NCBI GenBank assembly: GCA_963805625.1
Contig: CAWDVE010000010.1
Span: 544,001-608,000, forward strand
Length of the DNA stretch: 64,000 nucleotides
Direction of reading: 5' to 3'
Origin: an uncultured Candidatus Rokubacteria bacterium
Lineage (GTDB): Bacteria; Methylomirabilota; Methylomirabilia; Rokubacteriales; DASRDR01
In this document: positions 21,288 to 29,815 of the stretch, piece by piece
How positions within the stretch are numbered: position 1 is the first letter of the stretch
Layout: the number at the start of each line of letters is the position of its first letter
Position numbers and translations under genes: made by a program
Notes under the pieces: generated by a model
Seen by the model: the letters and a program-made list of their open reading frames with translations, nothing else
Told to the model about the DNA's origin: nothing
Databases searched by the model: none

Positions 21288-21778
21288 CCCTTCTTCGCCA
21301 GGGCGCGGAGGTGGTTCACGATGTCCCACCTGTCCGTCACCGAGAGGGCATCACCGTAGGCCGGCATGATCGCGCCACCGTAGCCGATGTAGTAGGAGAA
21401 GTGCCCGTCGGACTTGGCCTGCACCGGCTGGCTCGTCAGGTCGGGCGGCGGGATGAACCGCGGGGTCACCAAGCCGTCACCCTTGCCGGCCGGCCCGTGG
21501 CAGGGGGTGCAGTAGATGTCGAAGAGCTTCTTCCCGCGTGCGAGCGACTGGGCGTCGGGGGCGACCGGGTTCTTCCGCGTCGTGTACGTCTCGCGCGCGA
21601 CCACCAACTCCGACCCCTCCCGTGGGACCGTGCCGGGCGGCTGGGCCATCGTCACCTGGCCGGGAACCAGCTTCACGTCGTTCTGCATGCTGGTGGTCCA
21701 GCGGTAGACGACGAGGCCCCCCATCACGCCGGCGGCCGCGCCGACGACCAGGAGGCACAGCAGGAACACCCACTTCAT
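21284..21778 (-). CDS. actE: Alternative complex III monoheme cytochrome c ActE
   Basis: N-terminal TM, PPGTVPR, CTPCHG, IMPAYG, DRWDIVNHLR. Confidence 0.85.
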   Translation of the reverse strand: MKWVFLLCLLVVGAAAGVMGGLVVYRWTTSMQNDVKLVPGQVTMAQPPGTVPREGSELVVARETYTTRKNPVAPDAQSLARGKKLFDIYCTPCHGPAGKGDGLVTPRFIPPPDLTSQPVQAKSDGHFSYYIGYGGAIMPAYGDALSVTDRWDIVNHLRALAKKG

Positions 21779-22284
21779 GCCCGGACCTCCTCGGCGCCCG
21801 CGCCTCGAAGGAGGTCCTCGACGGCACGGCGCTCGGCAGCCTCGCACGTCACCTCGACGCCGAAGCGGTCCGCGCTGAACCGGGTATCGTACCGGGGCGA
21901 GACTTTGAAACTCGGCAGCCGGGCCGTGATCAGGAGCCCGAGGAGCGTGCAGAGCCCGCCGAGCAGGATCGTCAGCTCGTAGGCGATGGGCACGAACGGC
22001 GGGATCGAGACCACCGGCTTACCCCCGGTGATCAGGTTCCACTTGAGCGCCGTCCAGATCGTCAGCGCGAAGCCGCTGGCCGTCCCGGTCAGGGCGCCCA
22101 CCAGCGTAAAGAGCCGGACTGGGCTCCGTGGCAGTCCGTGCCCGGTCAGTGCCTCCTCGAACTCGTCGAGGGGCACCGGGCTGTACGTCGCGATCGAGCG
22201 CATCCCCCGCGCTCGGAGCTCGCGGATCGCCCGGGTGGCGGTGTCGACGTGCGCGAAAACGCCGAGGACCGTCGCGGCCGGCAT
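21775..22284 (-). CDS. actD: Alternative complex III subunit ActD (DUF3341)
   Basis: YSPVP, GGKP...PPFVPIAYELTIL, RFSADRF. Confidence 0.85.
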   Translation of the reverse strand: MPAATVLGVFAHVDTATRAIRELRARGMRSIATYSPVPLDEFEEALTGHGLPRSPVRLFTLVGALTGTASGFALTIWTALKWNLITGGKPVVSIPPFVPIAYELTILLGGLCTLLGLLITARLPSFKVSPRYDTRFSADRFGVEVTCEAAERRAVEDLLRGAGAEEVRA

Positions 22285-23654
22285 CAGTGGGCGTCACCGT
22301 CCCGCACCGGATGGGGGATGGTCTCCTTCACCTCGACGATCGACATCGATGGCATCACCTTGATGAACCCCAGGAAGAGGATGAAGAACCAGGCGAAGCT
22401 CCCGATGACGATGCCGCTGTCGACCAGCGTCGGGATGTAGGCGCCGAACGTGTACGGGTAAAACCCGTGGGCGAGGCCGGGGACGATGATGTTGAAACGC
22501 TCGAACCACATGCCGATCAGCACAAGGATCGACACGATGTAGAGTGTGGGCACGTGCGTCCGCGCGCGCCGCCGGAAGAACACCAGCGGCGCCGCGCTAT
22601 TGCAGAAGAGTTGAAGCCACCACCACGGCGCGTAGACGCCGACCCACTTGAAGAGGTACGAGGCCCGCTCTATTGGCTCGCCGCTGTACCAGGCGGTGAA
22701 GCCCTCGCACGCGTAGAAGTAGGTCAGCACCAGACTGGTGGCCAGGATCAGCTTCGCCATGCTGTCGAGATGTCGGTCCGTGATGTACGCGTACAGGTTG
22801 AAAAAATACCGCATGGGGATGAGGAGCACGAGGACCATGGCGAAGCCGGAAAAGATGGCGCCGTCGACGAAGAATGGCGCGAAGAGGGTCGAGTGCCAGC
22901 CTGGGACCAACGCCATGGCGAAGTCCCAAGACACCACGCTGTGGACGGACACTACTAGCGGGGTCGCGAGGCCCGCGAAGAGACCGTACGCCCGTCGGTA
23001 GTGGCGCCACTGGCGGTCGGTGCCCTGCCAACCCATCGCCAGGACCGCGTAGATACGCTGCTTCCAGCCGGTGGCGGCATCCCGCAGCGCGGCGATGTCC
23101 GGCACCAGGCCGACGATGAAGAACAGGGCGCTGATGGTGAGGTACGTCGAGATCGCGAACACGTCCCAGACGAGGGGGGACCGGAAGTTCGGCCACAGGA
23201 ACCGCTCGTTCGGGTACGGAATGAGCCAGTACGCGTACCACATGCGGCCGGCGTGGATCACCGGGAACAACCCGGCCGTGAGGACCGCAAAGATGGTCAT
23301 CGCCTCGGAACCGCGGTAGATCGACATCCGCCACTTCGCGCGGAACAGGTACAGGATCGCCGAGATCAGCGTGCCCGCGTGGCCAATGCCGATCCAGAAG
23401 ACGAAAGTCGTGATGTACATCGCCCACATCTGAGGATTGCGCTTGCCCGCCATCCCCATGCCGAAGTAGACCTGCAGGACCCAGCAGGTGATCCCACCGG
23501 CCAGGATGAGGGCGATGAACGACATCCAACCGAAGTAGGTCGACCCCGGAAACTCGAGCGTCCGGAGAACGTCCCGGTTGACGTCGGCAAAGGTCGGGGA
23601 GACCCCACCGGCGATGGGGCGGGCCGGACGCTCGGCGCTGCTCGGCACGCTCAC
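22284..23654 (-). CDS. actC: Alternative complex III quinol-binding subunit ActC (NrfD family)
   Basis: FVFWIGIGHAGTLISAIL, SPLVWDVFAISTY, SVHSVVSWDFA, GWHST, GMWFERF. Confidence 0.92.
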   Translation of the reverse strand: MSVPSSAERPARPIAGGVSPTFADVNRDVLRTLEFPGSTYFGWMSFIALILAGGITCWVLQVYFGMGMAGKRNPQMWAMYITTFVFWIGIGHAGTLISAILYLFRAKWRMSIYRGSEAMTIFAVLTAGLFPVIHAGRMWYAYWLIPYPNERFLWPNFRSPLVWDVFAISTYLTISALFFIVGLVPDIAALRDAATGWKQRIYAVLAMGWQGTDRQWRHYRRAYGLFAGLATPLVVSVHSVVSWDFAMALVPGWHSTLFAPFFVDGAIFSGFAMVLVLLIPMRYFFNLYAYITDRHLDSMAKLILATSLVLTYFYACEGFTAWYSGEPIERASYLFKWVGVYAPWWWLQLFCNSAAPLVFFRRRARTHVPTLYIVSILVLIGMWFERFNIIVPGLAHGFYPYTFGAYIPTLVDSGIVIGSFAWFFILFLGFIKVMPSMSIVEVKETIPHPVRDGDAH

Positions 23655-26600
23655 GTGGGCACCTCTCGCAGGATCTTCCGGAGGTACGTCACTGCCGGAC
23701 GCGTCCCCAGCTCGCCGAGGACGTGGTAGCCGCGCGCGGACGTCGAGAAGCGGGAGACACGGCTCTGGCCGTCCTTGAGGTCCCCGAACGTGATCGCCTG
23801 CGTCGGGCACGTCTGCTGGCAGGCGGTCTGGATCTCCCCGTCTCGCGGGAGCCGACCCTCGTCACGGGCGCGGTCGCGACCGGCGATGATCCGCTGCACG
23901 CACATCGTGCACTTCTCCATGACGCCGCGATCGCGGACGGCGACGTCCGGGTTGAGCTGGAGGTTCATCGGCGCCGGCCACTCGTAGCGGTACCAGTTGA
24001 ACCGCCGGACCATGTACGGGCAGTTGTTCCCGCAGTACCGGGTGCCGACGCACCGGTTGTAGATCTGCGCGTTGAGCCCGTCCGCCGTGTGGTACGCGGC
24101 GAACACCGGGCACACCGGCTCGCACGGCGCCACTTCGCAGTGCTGGCAGAGCATCGGGAGGAACCGCGCATCGGGCCGCCTGGCGGCGGGCGCCTCGGCC
24201 GCATGCGCGACGCCGATCGTGCCGGGCAGCGCCGCGTGTTCCGTGGCCGCCGTCTCTCCGTGACCGCGGTCCCACCACCGCTCGACGCGGAGCCACTGGA
24301 TGCTCCGGCCGTAGTCGATGTTGCCCTTGCCCACCGAGGGGACGTTGTTCTCGGCCTGGCAGGCCACGACGCAGGCCTGGCAGCCGGTGCAGGCGTCGAG
24401 GTCGATCGCCATCCCCCAGCGGTTCTGCGGGTACTTGAGGTCGGGGTACATGGAGGGCAGGTTTGCGTGTTCCGGCGCCTTGCCGCCTCGCTCGAGCTTG
24501 ACCGCCTCCGCGAGCCCGACCGTCTCGAAGATCTCCCGCGAGTGGTCGATCTCCGTCACGCCGGCCGGGGAGGCGAGCTTGTCGCGCCGCCCGGTCTTCT
24601 GGAGACGGACGCGGACACCCAGCCAGCGGCGACCGCCGGACCCCGCGGTCGGCTCGGCCGGCAGGAGGGCGTAGGGACTCTGGCCGACGCCCCGGGCGAA
24701 CCGCCCGTACGCGGTATGCCCGAGCCCGGTCGGAATCGCCACCGCGCCTGCGGCCAGGGTCTCCGAGACGTACGCCGGCGCCTCGAGGGCACCGTGAGGC
24801 GACTCCACCCGCAGCACGTCACCGGACTGGACGCCGAGGCTTCGGGCCGTCTCCGCCGGGACCTCGACCCAGCTCCCGTAGACCACCTGGGTCATGGGAT
24901 CGGGCGCCTCGTGGAGCCACACCTTGTTGGCGCCGCGACCGTCGTAGTAGCGCGAAGACGGGACGACCAGGAGGACGGGGTCGGTCGCGCTTCCCTCGAG
25001 AGCCGGCGCCTGGGAAGACACCTTCACGCCCGCGCGGAGTGCGACCTTCGTGGCCGGCACGTCCGCCCAGTAGCCCCCCCGGCGAAGCGCGTCCTCCCAG
25101 AACTCGTCGAACACCGCCTTGGGTGCCACGGCCTTGGCCATGGCGCGCCAGGACTCGCGGAGATAGTCGGCAAAGGTCTTCGCCTGGAAGACGGTCTTCT
25201 CCGAGCCCGGGACCAAGGCCCGTCCGGTATCCAGCAGGAGGTCGCCGGTCGGCTTCGTCTCGACACCGGGGAACGTCTCGGGAGCCCGTCGACCCAGCGC
25301 GTCCCGGACCGCCTGGAGCTGAGGCAGGTCGAGGGCGTCGGGGTTCGTGGGGCCGACCTTCGGCACCGGCGCCATCGCCGGCTGGAGGAGTCCCCACACG
25401 CCGTCCCGTGGCGAGTAGTCGCCCCAGGATTCGAGCGGCGTGAGATCGGGAATCACGAGGTGGGCACGGGCGGCGGTCTCGTCCATGTGGCTCGAGAGGC
25501 TCACCACGAACGGGACCTTGGCGAGCGCCTCGGCGAACGCGGCGCGCGCCGGGAGCGTGAAGGCGGGGTTCGCGTCCTTCACGATAAGCACGGCGATCTC
25601 GCCCTGGGCCATCGCCTTCGTCAGCGCGAGCACGTCCGCGTACCGGCTCGCTCGCGAGAGAGCCGAGTTCGGCCCGAAGCGGACGGTCCGTCCCACGTTC
25701 CCGAGGGCGTAGTTGAGGAGGTTCACGGCGATCGCGGCGTCGGCGCCGCCCGGTCCGCTCACCGCCACGCCGCCCGACACGACGAGGCTCGGCGCGCCCT
25801 TGACCAGGGCCTCGGCCAGGAGCTTCAGCTTGGCTGCCGGGATCCCGCTCTGCTTGGCGACCGTCTCGACGTCCACCGTCCGGGCGGCCGCCGTGAGGGC
25901 CTCGAGCTCCTTGGCCGGCAGGGCCGGGATCTGGCGCGCCTCGAGGCAAAGGCGCAGCAGGGCGAGCGCGATCGCCCCCTCCGCGCCCGGCAGGCTCGCG
26001 ATCCACTCGTCGGCGTTGGCCGCCGTCATCGAGTATCGCGGCTCGACGTGGATCACGCGGGCGAAGTGCTCCTCGCGAAGCGCGTGCGCCCGCCGGAACG
26101 CCGCCGTGTATCCCACCGGCGAGACCCACGTCTCGAGGAAGTCCGCGCCGAGGGACAGGATCGTCCGCGCGTCCTCGAACGCGTGATAGGGGATCGCGTC
26201 GATCCCGAACACGGCCTGGCTCGCCGCCCGGAGATCCTCGTGCGCGAACGTCTCGTACGAGACGCGTGGACGGCCGCCGACCGCCTTCAGCCACTCGTCC
26301 GCCAAGCGGCCGAGGCTGCCGGTCTCGAGCTGCGTCAGCATCGCGATCCGGCCAGCGCCTGCCTGGCGCGCGGCCGCGATCTTGTCGACGAGGAGCTTCT
26401 GCGCGTCGGCGATCGGAACCGGGCGCCAGGTCTCTCCTTCGCGGACGCGCGGACCGGGGACGCGATCCGGGTCGTATGTCGAGAGGAGACCCGCCTGACC
26501 GCTCGCGCAGAGGGCCCCCCGGTTCACCGGGTGGTCGGGATTGCCCTCCAGCTTCACGATCCGGCCTTCCCGGCTCTTCGCCAGGACCCCGCAGCCCGCT

Positions 26601-26797
26601 GGGCACTCGCGGCACACGGTCGCGAACCAAGTCGCCGCCCCCGGGACGATGTGCTCGGCCGGGATGACGTAGGGCAGGATCGCCTCGGTCGTCTTGCCGC
26701 AGCCCGCGGCCGCCGCCGCCGCCGCGCCGCTCACGCCGACGATCCGGAAGAAGCCCCGGCGATCCATCCCTGCTGTCCCCTGCTGTCCGTCTGGCAT
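23651..26797 (-). CDS. actB: Alternative complex III subunit ActB (molybdopterin-oxidoreductase-like domain fused to Fe-S domain)
   Basis: Tat-lipoprotein DRRGFF...AGC; CRECPAGC...C; CTGCQACVVAC, CQHCEVAPCEPVCP, YNRCVGTRYCGNNCP, MEKCTMC...CQQTCP. Confidence 0.9.
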   Translation of the reverse strand: MPDGQQGTAGMDRRGFFRIVGVSGAAAAAAAGCGKTTEAILPYVIPAEHIVPGAATWFATVCRECPAGCGVLAKSREGRIVKLEGNPDHPVNRGALCASGQAGLLSTYDPDRVPGPRVREGETWRPVPIADAQKLLVDKIAAARQAGAGRIAMLTQLETGSLGRLADEWLKAVGGRPRVSYETFAHEDLRAASQAVFGIDAIPYHAFEDARTILSLGADFLETWVSPVGYTAAFRRAHALREEHFARVIHVEPRYSMTAANADEWIASLPGAEGAIALALLRLCLEARQIPALPAKELEALTAAARTVDVETVAKQSGIPAAKLKLLAEALVKGAPSLVVSGGVAVSGPGGADAAIAVNLLNYALGNVGRTVRFGPNSALSRASRYADVLALTKAMAQGEIAVLIVKDANPAFTLPARAAFAEALAKVPFVVSLSSHMDETAARAHLVIPDLTPLESWGDYSPRDGVWGLLQPAMAPVPKVGPTNPDALDLPQLQAVRDALGRRAPETFPGVETKPTGDLLLDTGRALVPGSEKTVFQAKTFADYLRESWRAMAKAVAPKAVFDEFWEDALRRGGYWADVPATKVALRAGVKVSSQAPALEGSATDPVLLVVPSSRYYDGRGANKVWLHEAPDPMTQVVYGSWVEVPAETARSLGVQSGDVLRVESPHGALEAPAYVSETLAAGAVAIPTGLGHTAYGRFARGVGQSPYALLPAEPTAGSGGRRWLGVRVRLQKTGRRDKLASPAGVTEIDHSREIFETVGLAEAVKLERGGKAPEHANLPSMYPDLKYPQNRWGMAIDLDACTGCQACVVACQAENNVPSVGKGNIDYGRSIQWLRVERWWDRGHGETAATEHAALPGTIGVAHAAEAPAARRPDARFLPMLCQHCEVAPCEPVCPVFAAYHTADGLNAQIYNRCVGTRYCGNNCPYMVRRFNWYRYEWPAPMNLQLNPDVAVRDRGVMEKCTMCVQRIIAGRDRARDEGRLPRDGEIQTACQQTCPTQAITFGDLKDGQSRVSRFSTSARGYHVLGELGTRPAVTYLRKILREVPT

Positions 26798-26808
26798 CCC
26801 GCGCTCCG

Positions 26809-27345
26809 TCAGTGGTGGCACATCACGCAGTCGAGCGGACCCTTCCGCTCGGCGTGACAGGACACGCACCAGCCCATGGTCAGGGGCGCTACCTGGGCGA
26901 CCTCGGTCATCGTCTGCACTTCCCCGTGGCACTGCTGGCAGGCCAGGCCCGTCTGCACGTGGCGCTTGTGGGGAAAGTAGACGAAGCCAGCGAGCTTGTG
27001 GATCCGCACCCACTCCACCGGCCGGCCGTCCTTGGAAAGGGCCCGGAGCTTCTCGACTTCCTTCTGGAGCTCCGCGTCCTGCGACGCGACGATCTGATGG
27101 CAGCCCATGCAGCGCTTGACGGATGGGATGCCCGCGTAGGTGGACCGGCGGGCGTCCGCGTGGCAGTACTGGCAGTCGATCTTGAAGTCGCCGGCGTGGA
27201 TCTTGTGGCTGAAGAGGATGGGCTGCTTCGGAGCCGGGGCGATCGGGGCCTGCGCGCTGGCCGGGGTGACAACGGTCCCGGGGAGGAGTACCACCGCGAT
27301 CGAGACGATCAGGGCGGCGAGCACTTCCCTCACGCGGACCTGCAT
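26809..27345 (-). CDS. actA: Alternative complex III pentaheme cytochrome c ActA
   Basis: Five CxxCH (CQYCH, CMGCH, CQQCH, CVSCH, CVMCH); QPILFSHKIH, LTMGWC. Confidence 0.92.
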   Translation of the reverse strand: MQVRVREVLAALIVSIAVVLLPGTVVTPASAQAPIAPAPKQPILFSHKIHAGDFKIDCQYCHADARRSTYAGIPSVKRCMGCHQIVASQDAELQKEVEKLRALSKDGRPVEWVRIHKLAGFVYFPHKRHVQTGLACQQCHGEVQTMTEVAQVAPLTMGWCVSCHAERKGPLDCVMCHH

Positions 27346-27439
27346 CCGCCCCGTCCTCGTCTGGCTCTCGTCAGCCGGTAACGCCCGCGCCCGGTCAGGG
27401 CGGGCTAAGGCAAGTGCGCTCTTTCACAAGGCAGGGCGG

Positions 27440-27468
27440 ATGATAGCAGCGGCCCCCAGACCCGTCAA
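27440..27468 (-). promoter_or_regulatory. Putative sigma70 promoter of the act operon
   Basis: TTGACG-17 nt-TATCAT with extended -10 TG. Confidence 0.6.
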
Positions 27469-27479
27469 CGCTTTTCTGC

Positions 27480-27968
27480 TCAGACGGCTCCCTCGACCAT
27501 CGCGAATGGGATCTCGACGAACTCGCGGGTCTCGGCGCTGAATCGATGCGCGCGGGTGTCCGCCACCCGGCCTTCTGCGACCGCGACGACCACGTAGGTC
27601 GCCTGCGGATACGCGGGGACTCCGTCGAGCATCGCGTTCCGGCGGTCCGTCTCGGAGAAGTAGGCGCCGGCGTCGACGTGCGAGTGGTAGATCACCCGCA
27701 CCTCGAACCCTTCCCCTTCCCGGCGGCCGATCTCGAGAAGATCCTCGTGGGCGATGTAGTAAGCCGTTCGCGCGGTCCGCGGGAAGCGCCCGGGGTCTCG
27801 CGCGTGGAGCTCGTCCTGGATGTTGCGGCAGGCGAGGAGCCGCCGCTCGTCGACGTCGCCTGGAGCGCCCGGCCGGACCAGCAGCACGCCGCAGCACTCC
27901 GCGGGATAGTCGGCCCGGGCGTGCCGCTGGATCGCCTCGAGCTCGGCCGGCGTGAGAAGGGGGCTCAC
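27480..27968 (-). CDS. mec: JAB/MPN (JAMM) metallopeptidase, Mec-like
   Basis: YPAECCG and YHSHVDAGAYFSETD (HxH-x7-S-x2-D); adjacent to a sulfur carrier. Confidence 0.85.
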   Translation of the reverse strand: MSPLLTPAELEAIQRHARADYPAECCGVLLVRPGAPGDVDERRLLACRNIQDELHARDPGRFPRTARTAYYIAHEDLLEIGRREGEGFEVRVIYHSHVDAGAYFSETDRRNAMLDGVPAYPQATYVVVAVAEGRVADTRAHRFSAETREFVEIPFAMVEGAV

Positions 27969-28243
27969 GCGCCTCCCGCCAGCGCCGGGATGATGGATAC
28001 CTCGTCTCCGTCCTTCAGCCGGGTCGCCGCTCCCTGGAGACTGCCGATCTCCTCCCCGTTCACGTACAGATTGACGTGATGGTGCATCTGCCCGGTCGCG
28101 TCCCGCACCAGACCCCGGAGGCCCTCGAACCGCCCCTCGAGGGCGTCGAGCAGCTCCTGCACGTCGGCCGCGTCCACGTCGACCCGCGGCGCGTTCGCCG
28201 TCGCGCGTCGGAATGGCGTCGGAATGTACACGCTCACTGCCAT
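27965..28243 (-). CDS. MoaD/ThiS-family ubiquitin-like sulfur carrier (CysO-like), ends GG-A
   Basis: VYIPTPFR...VNLYVNGEEI...LKDGDEVSIIPALAGGA*. Confidence 0.88.
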   Translation of the reverse strand: MAVSVYIPTPFRRATANAPRVDVDAADVQELLDALEGRFEGLRGLVRDATGQMHHHVNLYVNGEEIGSLQGAATRLKDGDEVSIIPALAGGA

Positions 28244-28266
28244 GGCTCCGTCTCCTTCCCGTCCCC

Positions 28267-29205
28267 TCAGCGCTCGGAGGCTTCGAGCGAAACGCTCAGG
28301 TACCGCTCGCCGGTGTCGCAGAGGACCGTCACGACCGTCCGCCCGGCGCCGAGCTTCTCGGCCACGCCGAGCGCGGCCCACACGTTCGCCCCGGCCGAGA
28401 TCCCCGCGAGAAGCCCCTCCTCGCGCGCCAGCCGGAGCGTCGTGGCCATCGCGTCCTCGTCCTTCACCTGCACGATCTCGTCGATCACGGTGCGATTGAG
28501 GATCCCGGGCACGAACGAGGCGCCGATGCCCTGGATCCCGTGGACTCGCGACTTCCCTCCCGACAGCACCGGCGAGCGGGCCGGCTCGACCGCGACGATG
28601 CGAACACGGGGGATGCGCTCCCGCAGCACCTCGCCCACCCCGGTGATCGTCCCCCCGGTGCCCACCCCCGCCACGAAACCGTCCACCTTGCCGCCGGTGG
28701 CCTCCAGGATCTCGAGGGCCGTCGTCCGCCGGTGGGCCTCCGGGTTGGCCGGGTTCTCGAACTGCTGCAGCATCACGTAGCCCGGATGCGCGCGACAGAG
28801 CTCCTGGGCCGCGAACACGGCGCCCGTCATCCCCTCGATCGCCGGCGTGAGGACCAGCTCCGCGCCGAGTCGCGCCAGGAGCCGGCGTCGCTCGAGGCTC
28901 ATGTCGTCGGGCATCGTGAGGACGAGGCGGTAGCCCTTGACCGCCGCGACCACCGCCAGGCCGATGCCCGTATTTCCGCTGGTCGGCTCCACGAGGGTCG
29001 AGCCGGTCTGGAGTGTGCCGCGGCGCTCCGCGTCCTCGATCATGGACCGCGCGATCCGGTCCTTGACGCTCCCGCCCGGATTCTGCGACTCGACCTTGGC
29101 CAGGATGGTCGCGCTGCCCGCAGGCACGATCCGTCCGAGCCGCACGAGCGGAGTGTTGCCGATCAGGTCGAGCACGCTGTCGGCGACGCGTGGACGCCCG
29201 GCCAT
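28267..29205 (-). CDS. cysK: Cysteine synthase A (O-acetylserine sulfhydrylase)
   Basis: IGNTPLV, NPGGSVKDR, EPTSGNTG, GVGTGGT, HGIQGIG, DTGERYLS. Confidence 0.93.
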   Translation of the reverse strand: MAGRPRVADSVLDLIGNTPLVRLGRIVPAGSATILAKVESQNPGGSVKDRIARSMIEDAERRGTLQTGSTLVEPTSGNTGIGLAVVAAVKGYRLVLTMPDDMSLERRRLLARLGAELVLTPAIEGMTGAVFAAQELCRAHPGYVMLQQFENPANPEAHRRTTALEILEATGGKVDGFVAGVGTGGTITGVGEVLRERIPRVRIVAVEPARSPVLSGGKSRVHGIQGIGASFVPGILNRTVIDEIVQVKDEDAMATTLRLAREEGLLAGISAGANVWAALGVAEKLGAGRTVVTVLCDTGERYLSVSLEASER

Positions 29206-29229
29206 CGGTTCCCCCCCGGGGCTCATCGA

Positions 29230-29676
29230 TCAGATGTGGTAGATGGTGCGCTCGGGTGACCGACGCGCCTTGACCTGCTCGGCCAGGTCACCGAAGGTCG
29301 TGCGGTCGATCACGGCCGCCACCGCACCCGAGATCTCTCGCCAGAGCGGCGCCAGATCGGACGCGGCGGCCTCGCTTACCTTGGTCGGATGACGGCCCGC
29401 GACCTCCAGCGCCGTGACGCGTCCCTCGACGGCCCGGAGCACTTCTCCTACCGAGATCCCTGCCGGCGCCCGGACCAGCTGGTAGCCCCCTGCCGACCCG
29501 CGCTTGGACTCGAGGATCCCCGCCCGCTTGAGGAGCAGGAGCACCTGCTCCAGGTAGCGCTGGGGAATGCCCTGGCGGCGTGCCACCTCCTGGATGGGGA
29601 CGAGCCCCTCGCCATGGTGAACGGCGAGGTCGAGGAGGGCACGGATCGCGTACTCACCCTTCGCTGAAATTCGCAT
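29230..29676 (-). CDS. cymR: Rrf2-family regulator, CymR-like (no Cys, C-terminal IYHI)
   Basis: SAKGEYA, RYLEQ, SKRGSAGGY, VLRAVEG; directly upstream of cysK. Confidence 0.75.
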   Translation of the reverse strand: MRISAKGEYAIRALLDLAVHHGEGLVPIQEVARRQGIPQRYLEQVLLLLKRAGILESKRGSAGGYQLVRAPAGISVGEVLRAVEGRVTALEVAGRHPTKVSEAAASDLAPLWREISGAVAAVIDRTTFGDLAEQVKARRSPERTIYHI

Positions 29677-29722
29677 ATCCGGTCAAGAATGGAGTGTACC
29701 GACCGGATTGGAGGAGCGTCAA
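29677..29722 (-). promoter_or_regulatory. Promoter with overlapping inverted repeat (putative Rrf2 operator)
   Basis: TTGACG-18 nt-TACACT; ATCCGGTC (29677-29684) / GACCGGAT (29701-29708). Confidence 0.55.
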
Positions 29723-29815
29723 GGCGGGCTGTGAGCTTCCTGGGGCCGTTTGGGCGCCTGCCGGGTCAGCCGTCCGGGCGGCCGTGGACTCTCGGGCGAG
29801 TCTCCGCGGGGAGCG

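Noticed and set aside
23651-26797. Calling ActB a catalytic polysulfide or tetrathionate reductase
   Set aside because: Fused Fe-S domain with the YNRCVGTRYC motif and the flanking actA/C/D/E/F genes identify ACIII; Mo binding cannot be shown from sequence.
27410-27430. Rex/CRP-like site (TTGTGAA...) downstream of the act promoter
   Set aside because: Only one half-site matches.
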